Shown here: positions 10,585 through 20,075 of the stretch, in pieces
Layout: the number at the start of each line of letters is the position of its first letter
How positions within the stretch are numbered: the stretch's first letter is position 1
DNA from: a virus
Lineage: Duplodnaviria > Caudoviricetes
Length of the DNA: 64,000 nt
Virus record (IMG/VR): IMGVR_UViG_3300029288_000084
Location: 64,001 to 128,000 of that record
Strand: one strand, 5' to 3'
Notes under the pieces: generated by a model
Told to the model about the DNA's origin: nothing
Database searches by the model: none
The model's input: only the letters and a program-made list of their open reading frames with translations
Position numbers and translations under genes: made by a program

Positions 10585-11345
10585 AAAAAACGGAGTAGAT
10601 CTCTTTCTACGAGTTTATTGTCATTAAGACATTTTGTGCATTTCCATTCTAATTCAAAATATGGTTTTGGTTCATTGACAAACCACTCTTTAATTTTTAC
10701 AATGTCTTTTTTGGATAAATTATTATCTGTCCATTCTATTGCTTCTTTCGGTGTTTTGAAATCGTATCTGGTATCACCCTCAAGGAAGGCAACAATATGA
10801 CTTTGAATTAATTCCATTTCAGCAATAGTTCTGTTCTTTACAATATCTTTATTATCCTTGCTAGATAAACTACGCATATAATCAACCGTAGGATATTGAA
10901 GTTCAAGTCCTCTTGTAGGTGTTAATCTGACAATCTTATCCTTATTGACATTCAAATTTTCAATTTTTTCAATCTCACTTAATTTGAACAGAACACCTTT
11001 GTCAATATAAGGTTCACCATCAGAATCTAAACACTTATCATTTTGGCAAGGTACATTGAGATAAATAGATTCACCCTTTGAAATTTTCATAATTTCAAGA
11101 AAAGACCATATCATATCATTGTAACTCATTTTAGAGACATTAAAATTTGTTGGTTTAATTACACAATTTTCAACAACTCTGATTAATCCATCTAAAAATT
11201 CACTTGTTTCTTCCGATTCTTTCCCTATTAGCCAGATCTTTTCTTCTTTAACTAAAGCAGGTCTAATTTCAACCATGCTCCCGGCACTGGGTAGTTTCTT
11301 TTGATAAGTTTCCAATTGAATTTTTTGTATATCGTTATTCATCAT
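10575..11345 (-). CDS. gp26: baseplate hub assembly protein gp26-like
   Basis: LPS.G..V..RP.LVKEEK, SKGE, L.YPT, C-terminal CxxC. Confidence 0.88.
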   Translation of the reverse strand: MMNNDIQKIQLETYQKKLPSAGSMVEIRPALVKEEKIWLIGKESEETSEFLDGLIRVVENCVIKPTNFNVSKMSYNDMIWSFLEIMKISKGESIYLNVPCQNDKCLDSDGEPYIDKGVLFKLSEIEKIENLNVNKDKIVRLTPTRGLELQYPTVDYMRSLSSKDNKDIVKNRTIAEMELIQSHIVAFLEGDTRYDFKTPKEAIEWTDNNLSKKDIVKIKEWFVNEPKPYFELEWKCTKCLNDNKLVERDLLRFLDL

Positions 11346-11380
11346 AAACCTCCTATGTTAATATATATATAAGTGTATTC

Positions 11381-11911
11381 TTAAGCGTCTTTAAGTAAAT
11401 TTGTGATTTCAAAATCCCAATATTTAAATGTAACAGTAAATTGCATAGGCTCATCAACTTTCTCATAACCAAGACTAATATCAGCCAGATTTGTAGGATA
11501 AACTTCTCTTATTTTGTATTCTCTAACTGGTACTAAGGCTTTGTTAAGAATTGTAATAGCCATATCACAAACGTAATCTTTGTAATAGCTAACAGTAAAA
11601 GTGCTTTTATTTACAATCTGATCAATCCATTCTTCAAATGCTCTTCGAATTTTTAAATCTTTATCACAGATAAATGAAATTGTAATAGGATCAAAATCAA
11701 TTGAACTTGCAATATCTTTTTTCATCCCCCATAAAGCCATAGAATTAGTTCTTACTTCTTGTCCCGGGACATTTACAGAAGAAACAAGATATTTATATTC
11801 ATTATTGGGGAAAATAGATAGAAATTCTGTTCTAGTGAATTTAATGTGATAACGACTTGAAGAAGCTAACCCTTCAATATTTGATTTATAATCATCTACA
11901 GTATTAGACAT
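11381..11911 (-). CDS. tail tube-fold protein (gp54-like tube initiator)
   Basis: gp19-like fold motifs (SVNVPG, ITISFI.D, FEEW, VYPT.L.DI.L, FTVTF.Y), next to gp19. Confidence 0.75.
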   Translation of the reverse strand: MSNTVDDYKSNIEGLASSSRYHIKFTRTEFLSIFPNNEYKYLVSSVNVPGQEVRTNSMALWGMKKDIASSIDFDPITISFICDKDLKIRRAFEEWIDQIVNKSTFTVSYYKDYVCDMAITILNKALVPVREYKIREVYPTNLADISLGYEKVDEPMQFTVTFKYWDFEITNLLKDA

Positions 11912-11921
11912 AATACTCCTT

Positions 11922-11950
11922 GAAAAAAAAGGGGGAAATTGCTTTCCCCC
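11922..11950 (-). terminator. intrinsic terminator after tail tube gene
   Basis: GGGGGAAA-loop-TTTCCCCC followed by T run on minus strand. Confidence 0.8.
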
Positions 11951-11961
11951 ACTGATTTGCG

Positions 11962-12483
11962 TTAAATCTTAGCCCCTCTTGTTGTCTCAGATTCCCAGTA
12001 ATCATATGCGAAATTAACTGTATATTCTTCTGGAGAATCATTTGTATCCCAGTTTAATGCAATAGCACCACCAACGTTTGTTGGTATGCATCCAACCATG
12101 TGATATGTTTTGATAATATTGTGTTTACCATCGAGATGGTCAACACGCATATTTCTCTTAACATCATTTGCATTAATTGTTGAAATATTATCAACTGCTC
12201 CATTTACTAGCTCAGCCCACTCTTCCAGTTTCTTTCTGATTGTGAAGTTTAAATCGTTGTAAACTTCAACTGACCAATCATCGAAACTAGAATCTCCTGG
12301 AAAGACGATCTTTCTACCCATATAACCAACTTTGAAGTTGCCAATTGTTCTTGTTGGAACTTCAGAAGCTTTGCATAAAAACTGCATTATGGATTCACTA
12401 CCGGTTGGGAAAACAAGAGTGACTTGGAATAGATTTGGCCTAGATAAACTATTAACAGCTGACCTGAATCGATCTACATCCAT
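11962..12483 (-). CDS. gp19: tail tube protein
   Basis: RPNLF.V, FLCKA..VP, YMGRKI.FPGD..FDDW.V.VYND, AYDYW. Confidence 0.95.
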   Translation of the reverse strand: MDVDRFRSAVNSLSRPNLFQVTLVFPTGSESIMQFLCKASEVPTRTIGNFKVGYMGRKIVFPGDSSFDDWSVEVYNDLNFTIRKKLEEWAELVNGAVDNISTINANDVKRNMRVDHLDGKHNIIKTYHMVGCIPTNVGGAIALNWDTNDSPEEYTVNFAYDYWESETTRGAKI

Positions 12484-12511
12484 TCTGTTTTCCTCCTTTA
12501 CAAGATTTTAT

Positions 12512-12545
12512 GAGGAACTGTTAGCTTTGACACTAACAGTTCCTC
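12512..12545 (-). terminator. long hairpin after major capsid gene (terminator or RNA stabiliser)
   Basis: AGGAACTGTTAG / CTAACAGTTCCT inverted repeat; no clear U-tract. Confidence 0.55.
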
Positions 12546-12573
12546 TTTACTTTCAATCAATACTATCACTCGT

Positions 12574-13926
12574 TTATAGAGTGATTGTGATCATCCTGTA
12601 ATAGAGTTCAGCACCGAATGGATTCTCGCCTAAACCATATCTGGTGTGGAACCAGATTCTGTTTTGACCATCTTCCTCACCAATGCCTTTCTTTACGTAT
12701 ACAGGAACATATGGGCAATAATATAAACCGGTATCCCACTCGCCGCCCTTGTAACCAATGGAAACGTAATCAGAAGTAGCGTACATATCGCAATAGACTT
12801 TGTACTTGCCACCTAAGGTTCCCATGAATGCATTGGCGCCGAGGTTGACATCAGCTAACCCACCAGAAACACCTTGACCAGCAGCGATCCAATGGCGCAT
12901 AGTCTCGAACTCAGAAATGACATCCAGAGATGCAACAATGATATTGCCGCGGCCTCTCATTGTGGTTTTTGCAATCTGGTTTGAAACTTTGTTGATATTA
13001 CCATACATTTCATAAGTACGTTCCATTGCCCATCTGCCAGGGGTACCATCGGTGCTGTAATTCCAAGAAGAAGTGCCACCTAGAGCAGCTTTCTCATTCC
13101 ACTTATCAAGGAACTTTTTGTTCATCTCAGCGATGATTTCCTGAGACATAATCTTGGTTAGCTCAGTATCGGCATCCAGATTCTGTTGAGCTTTTAAGTC
13201 CTGTTGGAGTTCATCAGTGTACTTAGCTTTTAGTTTGTAGCTATCAGCGGTAACTGTGGTTTTGAAGATGTCGAAACCAACTTCCTTGATGTTCTTTGCA
13301 GCAGCCTCAGCGAGTGCTACTGTAGTGAACTTTGCGTAATCCTTGAATAGGAACTTCCAGGCGATTTCGTTGGGATATACGGCAGAAATTGTGGTTATAG
13401 CAGTTGCATAAGGATCTGCATCATCAACTGCAGCAGCAGCTACAAAGGTACCAGAAGTCACATCTACTAACACTGTGTTAGTTTCAATGTAACGAATGAC
13501 GCCTACTGCAGGAGCAGCAGTTGAAATTGTGTCGCCAACAGAAAAGCCAGAAGCATCAGCTAGAACTAGGACAGTTGAAGTTGTGCGCTTGATGGCGTTG
13601 TTGGTATCATTATGATAAGAACTCTTTAAACCAAAGATCAGGCCCGAAGGACCGCTCATTGGCTGGGTACCATATAGATCCATACCGATTAGGTTTGGAT
13701 AACCCCTACGAATAACTGAAATCAGAACTGGGTCATATTTCTCAATATCACCAGTCTCTGTACGTTCTGTTAGTTTGTACTTACGGAAGTTCTCTAACAT
13801 TACGGCAACGAATTCTCTCTTATCCTGATTTTTGATTTCAGGAAAGCGAGAATGGTTTAGAATTTCGGCATAGCTTTCAGCCAAAAGTTCTTTGTTTGTC
13901 TTGACAATTTCTAAATTTTTATCCAT
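12574..13926 (-). CDS. gp23: major capsid protein
   Basis: DPVLIS.IRR..PNLI, GTQPMSGPSGLIF, ELQQDLKA, RGRGN, G.YYCPYVP, TRYG. Confidence 0.97.
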   Translation of the reverse strand: MDKNLEIVKTNKELLAESYAEILNHSRFPEIKNQDKREFVAVMLENFRKYKLTERTETGDIEKYDPVLISVIRRGYPNLIGMDLYGTQPMSGPSGLIFGLKSSYHNDTNNAIKRTTSTVLVLADASGFSVGDTISTAAPAVGVIRYIETNTVLVDVTSGTFVAAAAVDDADPYATAITTISAVYPNEIAWKFLFKDYAKFTTVALAEAAAKNIKEVGFDIFKTTVTADSYKLKAKYTDELQQDLKAQQNLDADTELTKIMSQEIIAEMNKKFLDKWNEKAALGGTSSWNYSTDGTPGRWAMERTYEMYGNINKVSNQIAKTTMRGRGNIIVASLDVISEFETMRHWIAAGQGVSGGLADVNLGANAFMGTLGGKYKVYCDMYATSDYVSIGYKGGEWDTGLYYCPYVPVYVKKGIGEEDGQNRIWFHTRYGLGENPFGAELYYRMITITL

Positions 13927-13944
13927 TTTATGGCTTTCCTCCTT

Positions 13945-14652
13945 TTAACCAATTGCTAGTTTGCTGAGTTTTGAAGCAAACTTTGTTGCATCAGAATCAG
14001 CAGATTCGTTGATAATTTTCTTCCCATCATCAACATCCTCATCTTTGGAATTTAAAAAGCTTTCTTTCATGATTTTGATTTTTTCAGCAAAATCTTCGGC
14101 TCCCTCAAATTCCACCTCACCCATTAGAGTCTTTAGTTTTTCAACTTGATCTAACGGCATGCCTACTGTATTCTCTGCCCATACACGTAGACCAACTTCC
14201 AGTGTCTTCTCTTCCTTTAAAACTATAACCTCTTCCATAAGAGTGTTAGCTGTTTCTTTTAGTTCAGCTTCTTTAGTTTTGAAATCCTCAGCTAAAGGAG
14301 CAATGCCTTCAGGAAGTTGTAAATTGTGCTCTTTGAAAACACCTACAATACCTTTGAATAAATTCTCGTAGAGATGGTTTTTCATTGTTGCTTCTAAAAC
14401 ATCAACTTTCTCATTTAAATATTCCTCAGCTAATTTTTGAGTATATTCGCCGAGTTTATTAATGAGGTTGTCTTTAAATTCAACAAGTTCAGTCCTTGTC
14501 TCTTCGATCAGTTGATTCTTAATCTCTTCTTTGAGTGTTGCAATATGGGCAGATATTGCTCCTTCCCAAAGAGTATCAAGATTTTTGACTACTTCTTCAG
14601 TCAAAATTTTAGGATCAACTGACTTAAAAAGTTCTTTAAGTTGTTCCTTCAT
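13945..14652 (-). CDS. gp22: prohead scaffolding protein
   Basis: Acidic coiled coil between gp21 and gp23; KIKIMKESF. Confidence 0.88.
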   Translation of the reverse strand: MKEQLKELFKSVDPKILTEEVVKNLDTLWEGAISAHIATLKEEIKNQLIEETRTELVEFKDNLINKLGEYTQKLAEEYLNEKVDVLEATMKNHLYENLFKGIVGVFKEHNLQLPEGIAPLAEDFKTKEAELKETANTLMEEVIVLKEEKTLEVGLRVWAENTVGMPLDQVEKLKTLMGEVEFEGAEDFAEKIKIMKESFLNSKDEDVDDGKKIINESADSDATKFASKLSKLAIG

Positions 14653-14738
14653 ATCTTTACCTCCTATTGAATATGTATAAAAATCTTAATTTGTAATTCT
14701 GTCAAAAATTGTTTTTAAGAAAAGATAAGAGAAAGGAA

Positions 14739-15212
14739 CTATTCTTTTATATTACGAATTTTGGATTTTAATTCTTCTATTTTATCTCTTAGTTCTTTCT
14801 TTTTTATATCAACTTTGTCTTTGTGATAATATTTTTCATCTAAATTATCAAATAATTCAGAAAGTTTGGCAATTTGTTCTTCATAGCTTTTAATTTTTGC
14901 TTCAGTGGCAGCTCTATCTAATGTTTCAGTTAAAAGATCTCTAAATGTATAAGGAGAATGAGATTCATTTTTAGAGGCATCCATCTTATCATTTCTTTCT
15001 ACTTGAGACCTTCTATTTTTTTCAGGTAAATTTTGCCTTCTCAATTGTTGTTGTTCATTTTTCCACTGTTTTTCTAAATCTTGTATAGCTTTAGAAAGCC
15101 TACCATATTCTCTGTCTTGAAATTCTTGAGATCCAGGAGCATCTTTATACAAAAATACAGCGGATTGCTTACGCAATTTTTCTCGTTTTTTATCAAATTC
15201 TTCTTTTGTCAT
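14739..15212 (-). CDS. charged coiled-coil protein with internal CTS-like segment (YTFRDLLTE)
   Basis: Inserted between gp21 and gp22; segment resembles YTFKDLVEE of 16144..16458. Confidence 0.6.
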   Translation of the reverse strand: MTKEEFDKKREKLRKQSAVFLYKDAPGSQEFQDREYGRLSKAIQDLEKQWKNEQQQLRRQNLPEKNRRSQVERNDKMDASKNESHSPYTFRDLLTETLDRAATEAKIKSYEEQIAKLSELFDNLDEKYYHKDKVDIKKKELRDKIEELKSKIRNIKE

Positions 15213-15880
15213 TTTTTCCTCTTCATATCTTCAACTAATTCTTCAAATATCTTAATCAGAGTTTGACTCTTTTCTTCAACTGACATATTGACTTTGTATC
15301 TAACATCAATTTTATTATTTACGCTTTCAACTAACAACCCCTCTTCATTGAACTCAAACTCAACATCTTCACGAATGCCACGAACAAATGCAGCCTGTGC
15401 AGAAGGCTCAATTACAAGATCTCCTGGTGTGATTAAATGGAGATTTGATTGAACATAACTAGCATCGCTTCTTTCATCTAGAGTCCCAACTGAACGAGAA
15501 GACATTCCCAAAGTACTATCAATATCAATAAGGCCCCTAACGATTTTTCCTAAACCTTCCGGTGCAACTATTGCTTTTGAAATATAATCATACCCGTTTT
15601 TTTGAATATTTAAAAATCGGTGTGAAATTCTCTCTTCGTTTATTTTAGCATTATCAGGATGACCATATTCACCAAAACCTCTGTTTTGATTAATTTTTTC
15701 AGTCGTATAAGCTACAACTTCACGGTTAATAAATTCATCGGGATAAATACGTCCATTTCGGTTCTTAATATTGGACTGAATTGTAACACCTTCAACAAAG
15801 TATTGCTTTGGTTTATCAGCAGACTCTTGTATTATGTTTTTGACAATGTCAAATGTTTCTTCCTTAATTAGTTTCATCAA
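15209..15880 (-). CDS. gp21: prohead protease
   Basis: KNRNGRIYP, GEYGHP, RISH, GMSSRS.G, DLV.EPSA..A. Confidence 0.95.
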   Translation of the reverse strand: MMKLIKEETFDIVKNIIQESADKPKQYFVEGVTIQSNIKNRNGRIYPDEFINREVVAYTTEKINQNRGFGEYGHPDNAKINEERISHRFLNIQKNGYDYISKAIVAPEGLGKIVRGLIDIDSTLGMSSRSVGTLDERSDASYVQSNLHLITPGDLVIEPSAQAAFVRGIREDVEFEFNEEGLLVESVNNKIDVRYKVNMSVEEKSQTLIKIFEELVEDMKRKK

Positions 15881-15892
15881 TTATCACCTCTT

Positions 15893-16135
15893 TTATGGCA
15901 TTACTATAATTTCATCAACTGTTTGTTTATTACCTTGCTCATGTGCCATTTTAATAGCAGTTCTTATTGCATCTGTAATCCCCATATTTGGACGGGGATT
16001 ATAATCTTTTCCATTAACTTTTATTATCCAATTTCCAGATCCCCTAGGTTTTTTGCCTTGAGAATTTTCATATCTACTAGTATCTACTCTGTAACTTTCC
16101 TCAAGTACCTCTTCAAATAATTCTTTAAAATCCAT
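15893..16135 (-). CDS. putative internal head protein (MDFKELFEEVLEES)
   Basis: CTS-like leader at internal ATG with GAGG SD. Confidence 0.6.
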   Translation of the reverse strand: MDFKELFEEVLEESYRVDTSRYENSQGKKPRGSGNWIIKVNGKDYNPRPNMGITDAIRTAIKMAHEQGNKQTVDEIIVMP

Positions 16136-16143
16136 ACTTATCC

Positions 16144-16458
16144 TCAACGGTAGTAACCATTATGAGATGCAATAACACCTAATTGTCCACCAGCTTTCTT
16201 TACTTTATCTTCGACTTTGTCCCCGACGTCTTTGTACTTCTTTTTGTGCTTCTCATATGCCTCTTCACCTTTGCTGTATGGTGGCCGAGTGTTAGATTCT
16301 CTGTTAGCGAGATTATACTTAAATTTAGCAAGTCTATTTTTCTCACTCTGAGTCAACAGATGTGCAGGTTTTTTCATTAAATCAGATATCTTAGCTTCTT
16401 CTATTACTTCTTCTACAAGGTCTTTAAAAGTATATTCAGTTGAACAAGATTTACTCAT
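16144..16458 (-). CDS. putative internal head / core protein (YTFKDLVEEVIEEA)
   Basis: CTS-like segment and basic body at the gp68 position. Confidence 0.6.
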   Translation of the reverse strand: MSKSCSTEYTFKDLVEEVIEEAKISDLMKKPAHLLTQSEKNRLAKFKYNLANRESNTRPPYSKGEEAYEKHKKKYKDVGDKVEDKVKKAGGQLGVIASHNGYYR

Positions 16459-16481
16459 TTTTTTCTCCGTTTAAAATAATC

Positions 16482-16730
16482 TTACTTTTCATCCTCATCT
16501 GTGTTCTCATTATCATCATTTTCATCACTGTTGTTATCGCTATTTTCATTCTCATCAACATCTTCTTTCTTAGCTTCAGAAAGACCTAATTCTTGAGACA
16601 TGAAGTTAGGAAACTTTTCTTGAACTAATTTAATACGTTCTTTGATTTTCTCATCAACATCAGCACAAAATTCCTCTTTGAAGGTTGAAAAATCACCATC
16701 TAAAACGTTTTTTAAAACTGTAGCTTTCAT
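16482..16730 (-). CDS. prohead core protein gp67-like
   Basis: Small, very acidic tail, upstream of gp21. Confidence 0.65.
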   Translation of the reverse strand: MKATVLKNVLDGDFSTFKEEFCADVDEKIKERIKLVQEKFPNFMSQELGLSEAKKEDVDENENSDNNSDENDDNENTDEDEK

Positions 16731-16949
16731 TTTTATTTCTCCTAATTTTATTTATACTATTGCTCTAAAAAATTTAACGATTTTTTTGAGCATTCTTCCT
16801 TCATAGACTGAACTTGCCTATCAATTTCTTGATAAGTAGAGGTTCGATCTCCAGAAGCGTAAATTCCGGTGTAATCCACCGTACTGTTTTTATTTTTTAT
16901 TTTCATATACATATTTATAAATTCTTTTCAAATTTTCCAAAATAAAAAG

Positions 16950-16980
16950 AGTAAAAGGGGTTATTGAAACCCCTTTTACT
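16950..16980. terminator. bidirectional terminator after tail sheath gene
   Basis: AGTAAAAGGGG / CCCCTTTTACT inverted repeat with T runs. Confidence 0.8.
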
Positions 16981-17004
16981 GTATATCCCATTTACTCTAC
17001 TTTC

Positions 17005-18687
17005 TTATGCATTAATTAAAACTTCACTGAAGTTGACATCAGTTCCAACAGCAATGAAGTTTAATTTGATAAACTCAGCAGCACGAGCAGGTTTGATATA
17101 AATATCACCAACAAATTCATTGGCATCTATGATTGCACCAGTATTGTTTGTAGTATCACAAATAACCTTGTAATCAAAAATGCCTCTGCGACCTTTGATT
17201 CTACGAAGGAAAGGTTCAACCATTAACTTGAATAATGTTCTCTGATAATCATCATTGAATTCAAAAATCATCCACTTAGCAGCTGAAGAAATAGCTTTTT
17301 CTAGAACAATGAATAGTCTTCGGACATTGATTCTATCAAAAGCAGATGGAGCAGAGAGCATTGTTTTCTGACCCCAAGCAACATTTCCTTCACCTGGGAA
17401 AGCAACGATTGGGTTGATGTTGTTTTTGTATAATGTATCTCTGTAAGCTTTTGTAGGATAAATAGCAAATTTGATAACATTCTTGATTTGACCTCTGACT
17501 AAACCTGCAGGTGGATACCATGCATCAGTCAATGTCTCAGATCTTGCAAGAACACCAGCCATATCTCCTGACATTGGAATCCAACGATACTTGTCAGTAT
17601 ACTTATCGTAAATATACTTCCACTGTGCATAGATTGCAGCATAAGAAGAGTTTTTATTCAATGTGGTGTTTTTGTATGTAACACAAGCTGTGATTGAAGT
17701 TGAAAGATCCCCAGCCATAACAGCAGAAGCAGGAATATCTAAAATAGCCATTGCATCTAAACGAGTGTCACAAATATCAACTATATATCCTTGGCTTACT
17801 TCGTCATTGTTAGCACCGTCAAATAGTAAGCTAATATCAAATTCTTCTGGATTTGCAAATAGATCATAACCTAATTCGATATCAGCAACTGCAGGGGTTC
17901 CATCAACACCACCAGCAAGATAAGTTGCTTCAAAAGACATTGGGCTTAAAGCAATTGTAGTATTATCAAAAGCATAAATCCACTGAGACTTTTGATTGAT
18001 GACATTCTCAATATAAGTAGATTTGCCATATGAATCTTTTGCATCAGGATCCATATCAACTAGCCACTTTTCTACTAATGTCCAATTATCATCTAAATCA
18101 TTTTTTGCCATAACAGCAATTGCCAATTGATCGTATTTGTCATATGTATTCGAAACAGGTGCATATTCAAAATTGTTGACAAATGTTAATGAACCAGCAA
18201 TTATGTTGGCAGTTGCAAAATCATCTGCAGTTGCTAAGGCAACCTTGATTTTGGTATTGCCAAGAGCACCAGGATATTTAGCAACAATATGTAACTTTTC
18301 ATGAGCAGCAAAAGTAATTGTTGGAATGCCAGAATAATTTGGAATATAAGGATTTGATCCTATTGTTAATACAGCAGTAGCTTGACCTTCATCAGCAACA
18401 GCAATACCAGCATTTTTAGCTGTATCATGATCTACAGCTCTGACTAGATACAGGCTACTTGCGTAACGTAAAAATTCTGCAGCTGAGTGCCAATGCTGAA
18501 AGTTAGTGTCAAGTGGCAATCCGAAATAAGAACAAAGTTCTTTTTCAGTTGTTACTTGTTTTCTTTCAAAACAAGGACCCCAAGAAAAGTTACCTGCCAT
18601 ACCAGCAATAGTAGTTGCTATTTGAGCTACGCCTAATGTGGTATCAAACTCTTGAATTGTAACCGAAGGACTTAAACTAAATGCCAT
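17005..18687 (-). CDS. gp18: tail sheath protein
   Basis: SPSV.I.E.D, G.F.WGP, W.PPAG..RG, RD.LY..NINP, WGQKT, FDRINVRRLF, FEFND. Confidence 0.97.
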   Translation of the reverse strand: MAFSLSPSVTIQEFDTTLGVAQIATTIAGMAGNFSWGPCFERKQVTTEKELCSYFGLPLDTNFQHWHSAAEFLRYASSLYLVRAVDHDTAKNAGIAVADEGQATAVLTIGSNPYIPNYSGIPTITFAAHEKLHIVAKYPGALGNTKIKVALATADDFATANIIAGSLTFVNNFEYAPVSNTYDKYDQLAIAVMAKNDLDDNWTLVEKWLVDMDPDAKDSYGKSTYIENVINQKSQWIYAFDNTTIALSPMSFEATYLAGGVDGTPAVADIELGYDLFANPEEFDISLLFDGANNDEVSQGYIVDICDTRLDAMAILDIPASAVMAGDLSTSITACVTYKNTTLNKNSSYAAIYAQWKYIYDKYTDKYRWIPMSGDMAGVLARSETLTDAWYPPAGLVRGQIKNVIKFAIYPTKAYRDTLYKNNINPIVAFPGEGNVAWGQKTMLSAPSAFDRINVRRLFIVLEKAISSAAKWMIFEFNDDYQRTLFKLMVEPFLRRIKGRRGIFDYKVICDTTNNTGAIIDANEFVGDIYIKPARAAEFIKLNFIAVGTDVNFSEVLINA

Positions 18688-18822
18688 TATTCACCTTCTC
18701 CGTTCTTAGTAAAACCAAGAACAATTGATTTTGTGTATTTCATTAATACACCTCCTTTTCAAAAATATATATAAAAAAGCCTCTAAAAATCATTATTTTT
18801 TATTTTTTTGACACGGAAAAAT

Positions 18823-18853
18823 TACTAAATAAATACCTTAATTATTATATAAT
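18823..18853 (+). promoter_or_regulatory. TACTAAA-N18-TATAAT promoter motif (copy 2, plus strand)
   Basis: Heads the only plus-strand island. Confidence 0.75.
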
Positions 18854-18859
18854 GTATTT

Positions 18860-19460
18860 GATGAATAAGAAGAATTTAAAATGTGAAAGAGTTGATGATT
18901 TCAAATCAACAAGGCAGGTAAATCTTTTCAGCTTCTGTTTCTTTGATTTACCAAATCGCCAAAAGATCACGCGCGTAGGAATATGATCATGCTAAACAGA
19001 AGCGCTAATACTTTGGCTGTATCATTACGAAACAGCCCCCGTAGCAGTGCGATCATGCCTTCAGGGGTGAAGGGTCAGGGATCGTACGGCCAGCCCAAAG
19101 GAGACAAGCTCACTCCCCGGTACGATAAGCTGGGGCTTTATGTTGTTTTAGGGGAGATGAAAAAAATAACGGTTTTTGGGAGTATTTTTTCCAGCTTTGC
19201 CACTGATCGCTTGCGAGATGGGCAGGGGAAGTCGACCGAAAAAAATATTCTTAGTTTTGTGGTGTGTACTACCATGATGCTGATCACATTATGGTTCGCC
19301 AAAAACATCCACTTCTCCGTGATTAGGAGACAGCAAGCATGCTGCTGGAATTATTAAAAAATGCTCGTTATTCTGGGCCAAATCCAGTTCCAGAATTCGC
19401 TCTTAGGCTACACCGAGTTTAAGAGTGTTATACCAAGTACGTTAAGCTTGGTTGCAATAA
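18860..19460 (+). ncRNA. putative large structured ncRNA or structured leader
   Basis: Visibly GC-richer than flanks, many stem-loops, downstream of promoter motif, no credible ORF. Confidence 0.45.
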
Positions 19461-19478
19461 TAAAAAGGGGAGTTAAAA

Positions 19479-19694
19479 ATGTACGAACGGTATGATCATC
19501 ATGGAAAATTAGTTTGGGTTAGGAAAGATTTGAAAGGAAAGCATCGCGAACATTGTCTTTGTTTCAGTTGCAGTAAGTTGAATATTGAAGATCGAGAAAA
19601 AAATTGTCCTATTGCAAATGCTTTATTTGCTCTTTGTGTTCAATTCAATCTTACTACTCCAGTGTTTGAATGCCCTGAATTTAAAGAGGTATAA
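19479..19694 (+). CDS. small Cys/His-rich (Zn-binding?) protein
   Basis: GGGGAG SD; HCLCFSC, CP, ECP. Confidence 0.7.
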   Translation: MYERYDHHGKLVWVRKDLKGKHREHCLCFSCSKLNIEDREKNCPIANALFALCVQFNLTTPVFECPEFKEV

Positions 19695-19695
19695 A

Positions 19696-20064
19696 ATGAC
19701 ACATGAGGAAATTGAAAAAGATCCAAGATTTATTGTATTGTCAAATTATAGTTCAAAAGTATACGAGTATAAGGTTGCTGTATTTAGTTTACAAGTCAAA
19801 TATGATTTGTTAAAGAAAGAACAAGAATTCAAAAAGCAAAGTGTGATTGCTACGATTGCTGCAGAAAAAACAGAAGATGGGAAAAAGAAATTTGGCAATG
19901 AGGATCAAAGACAAACTGAGTTTCAAAAACGATTAGAGAATGATGAAAACTATCATTCTAATGAAAAAGAATTGCAGTTACTTTATGCTGAAATCCAGAG
20001 AAAAGTAATTGAAATTTCATACTTGCTTACCGAAATAGAAAATTATCGTTTATTCGTAAAATAA
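19696..20064 (+). CDS. hypothetical coiled-coil protein (start MTHEE)
   Basis: GAGG SD before internal ATG. Confidence 0.65.
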   Translation: MTHEEIEKDPRFIVLSNYSSKVYEYKVAVFSLQVKYDLLKKEQEFKKQSVIATIAAEKTEDGKKKFGNEDQRQTEFQKRLENDENYHSNEKELQLLYAEIQRKVIEISYLLTEIENYRLFVK

Positions 20065-20075
20065 AAGGAGAAAAA

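Noticed and set aside
15200-15260. Frameshift fusion of gp21 to ORF 14739
   Set aside because: Ordinary ATGA overlap with an SD; no properly phased slippery heptamer
18983-19357. 124-aa plus-strand ORF
   Set aside because: Composition unlike other genes and no recognisable motifs; overlaps the hairpin-rich region
18961-19460. Polylinker-like cluster of palindromes (ACGCGCGT, TGATCA, AGCGCT, CGTACG, GTCGAC, GCATGC, GAATTC, AAGCTT) as a restriction decoy
   Set aside because: About 10 six-base palindromes in about 500 nt is near the roughly 8 expected by chance; not supportable without a genome-wide test
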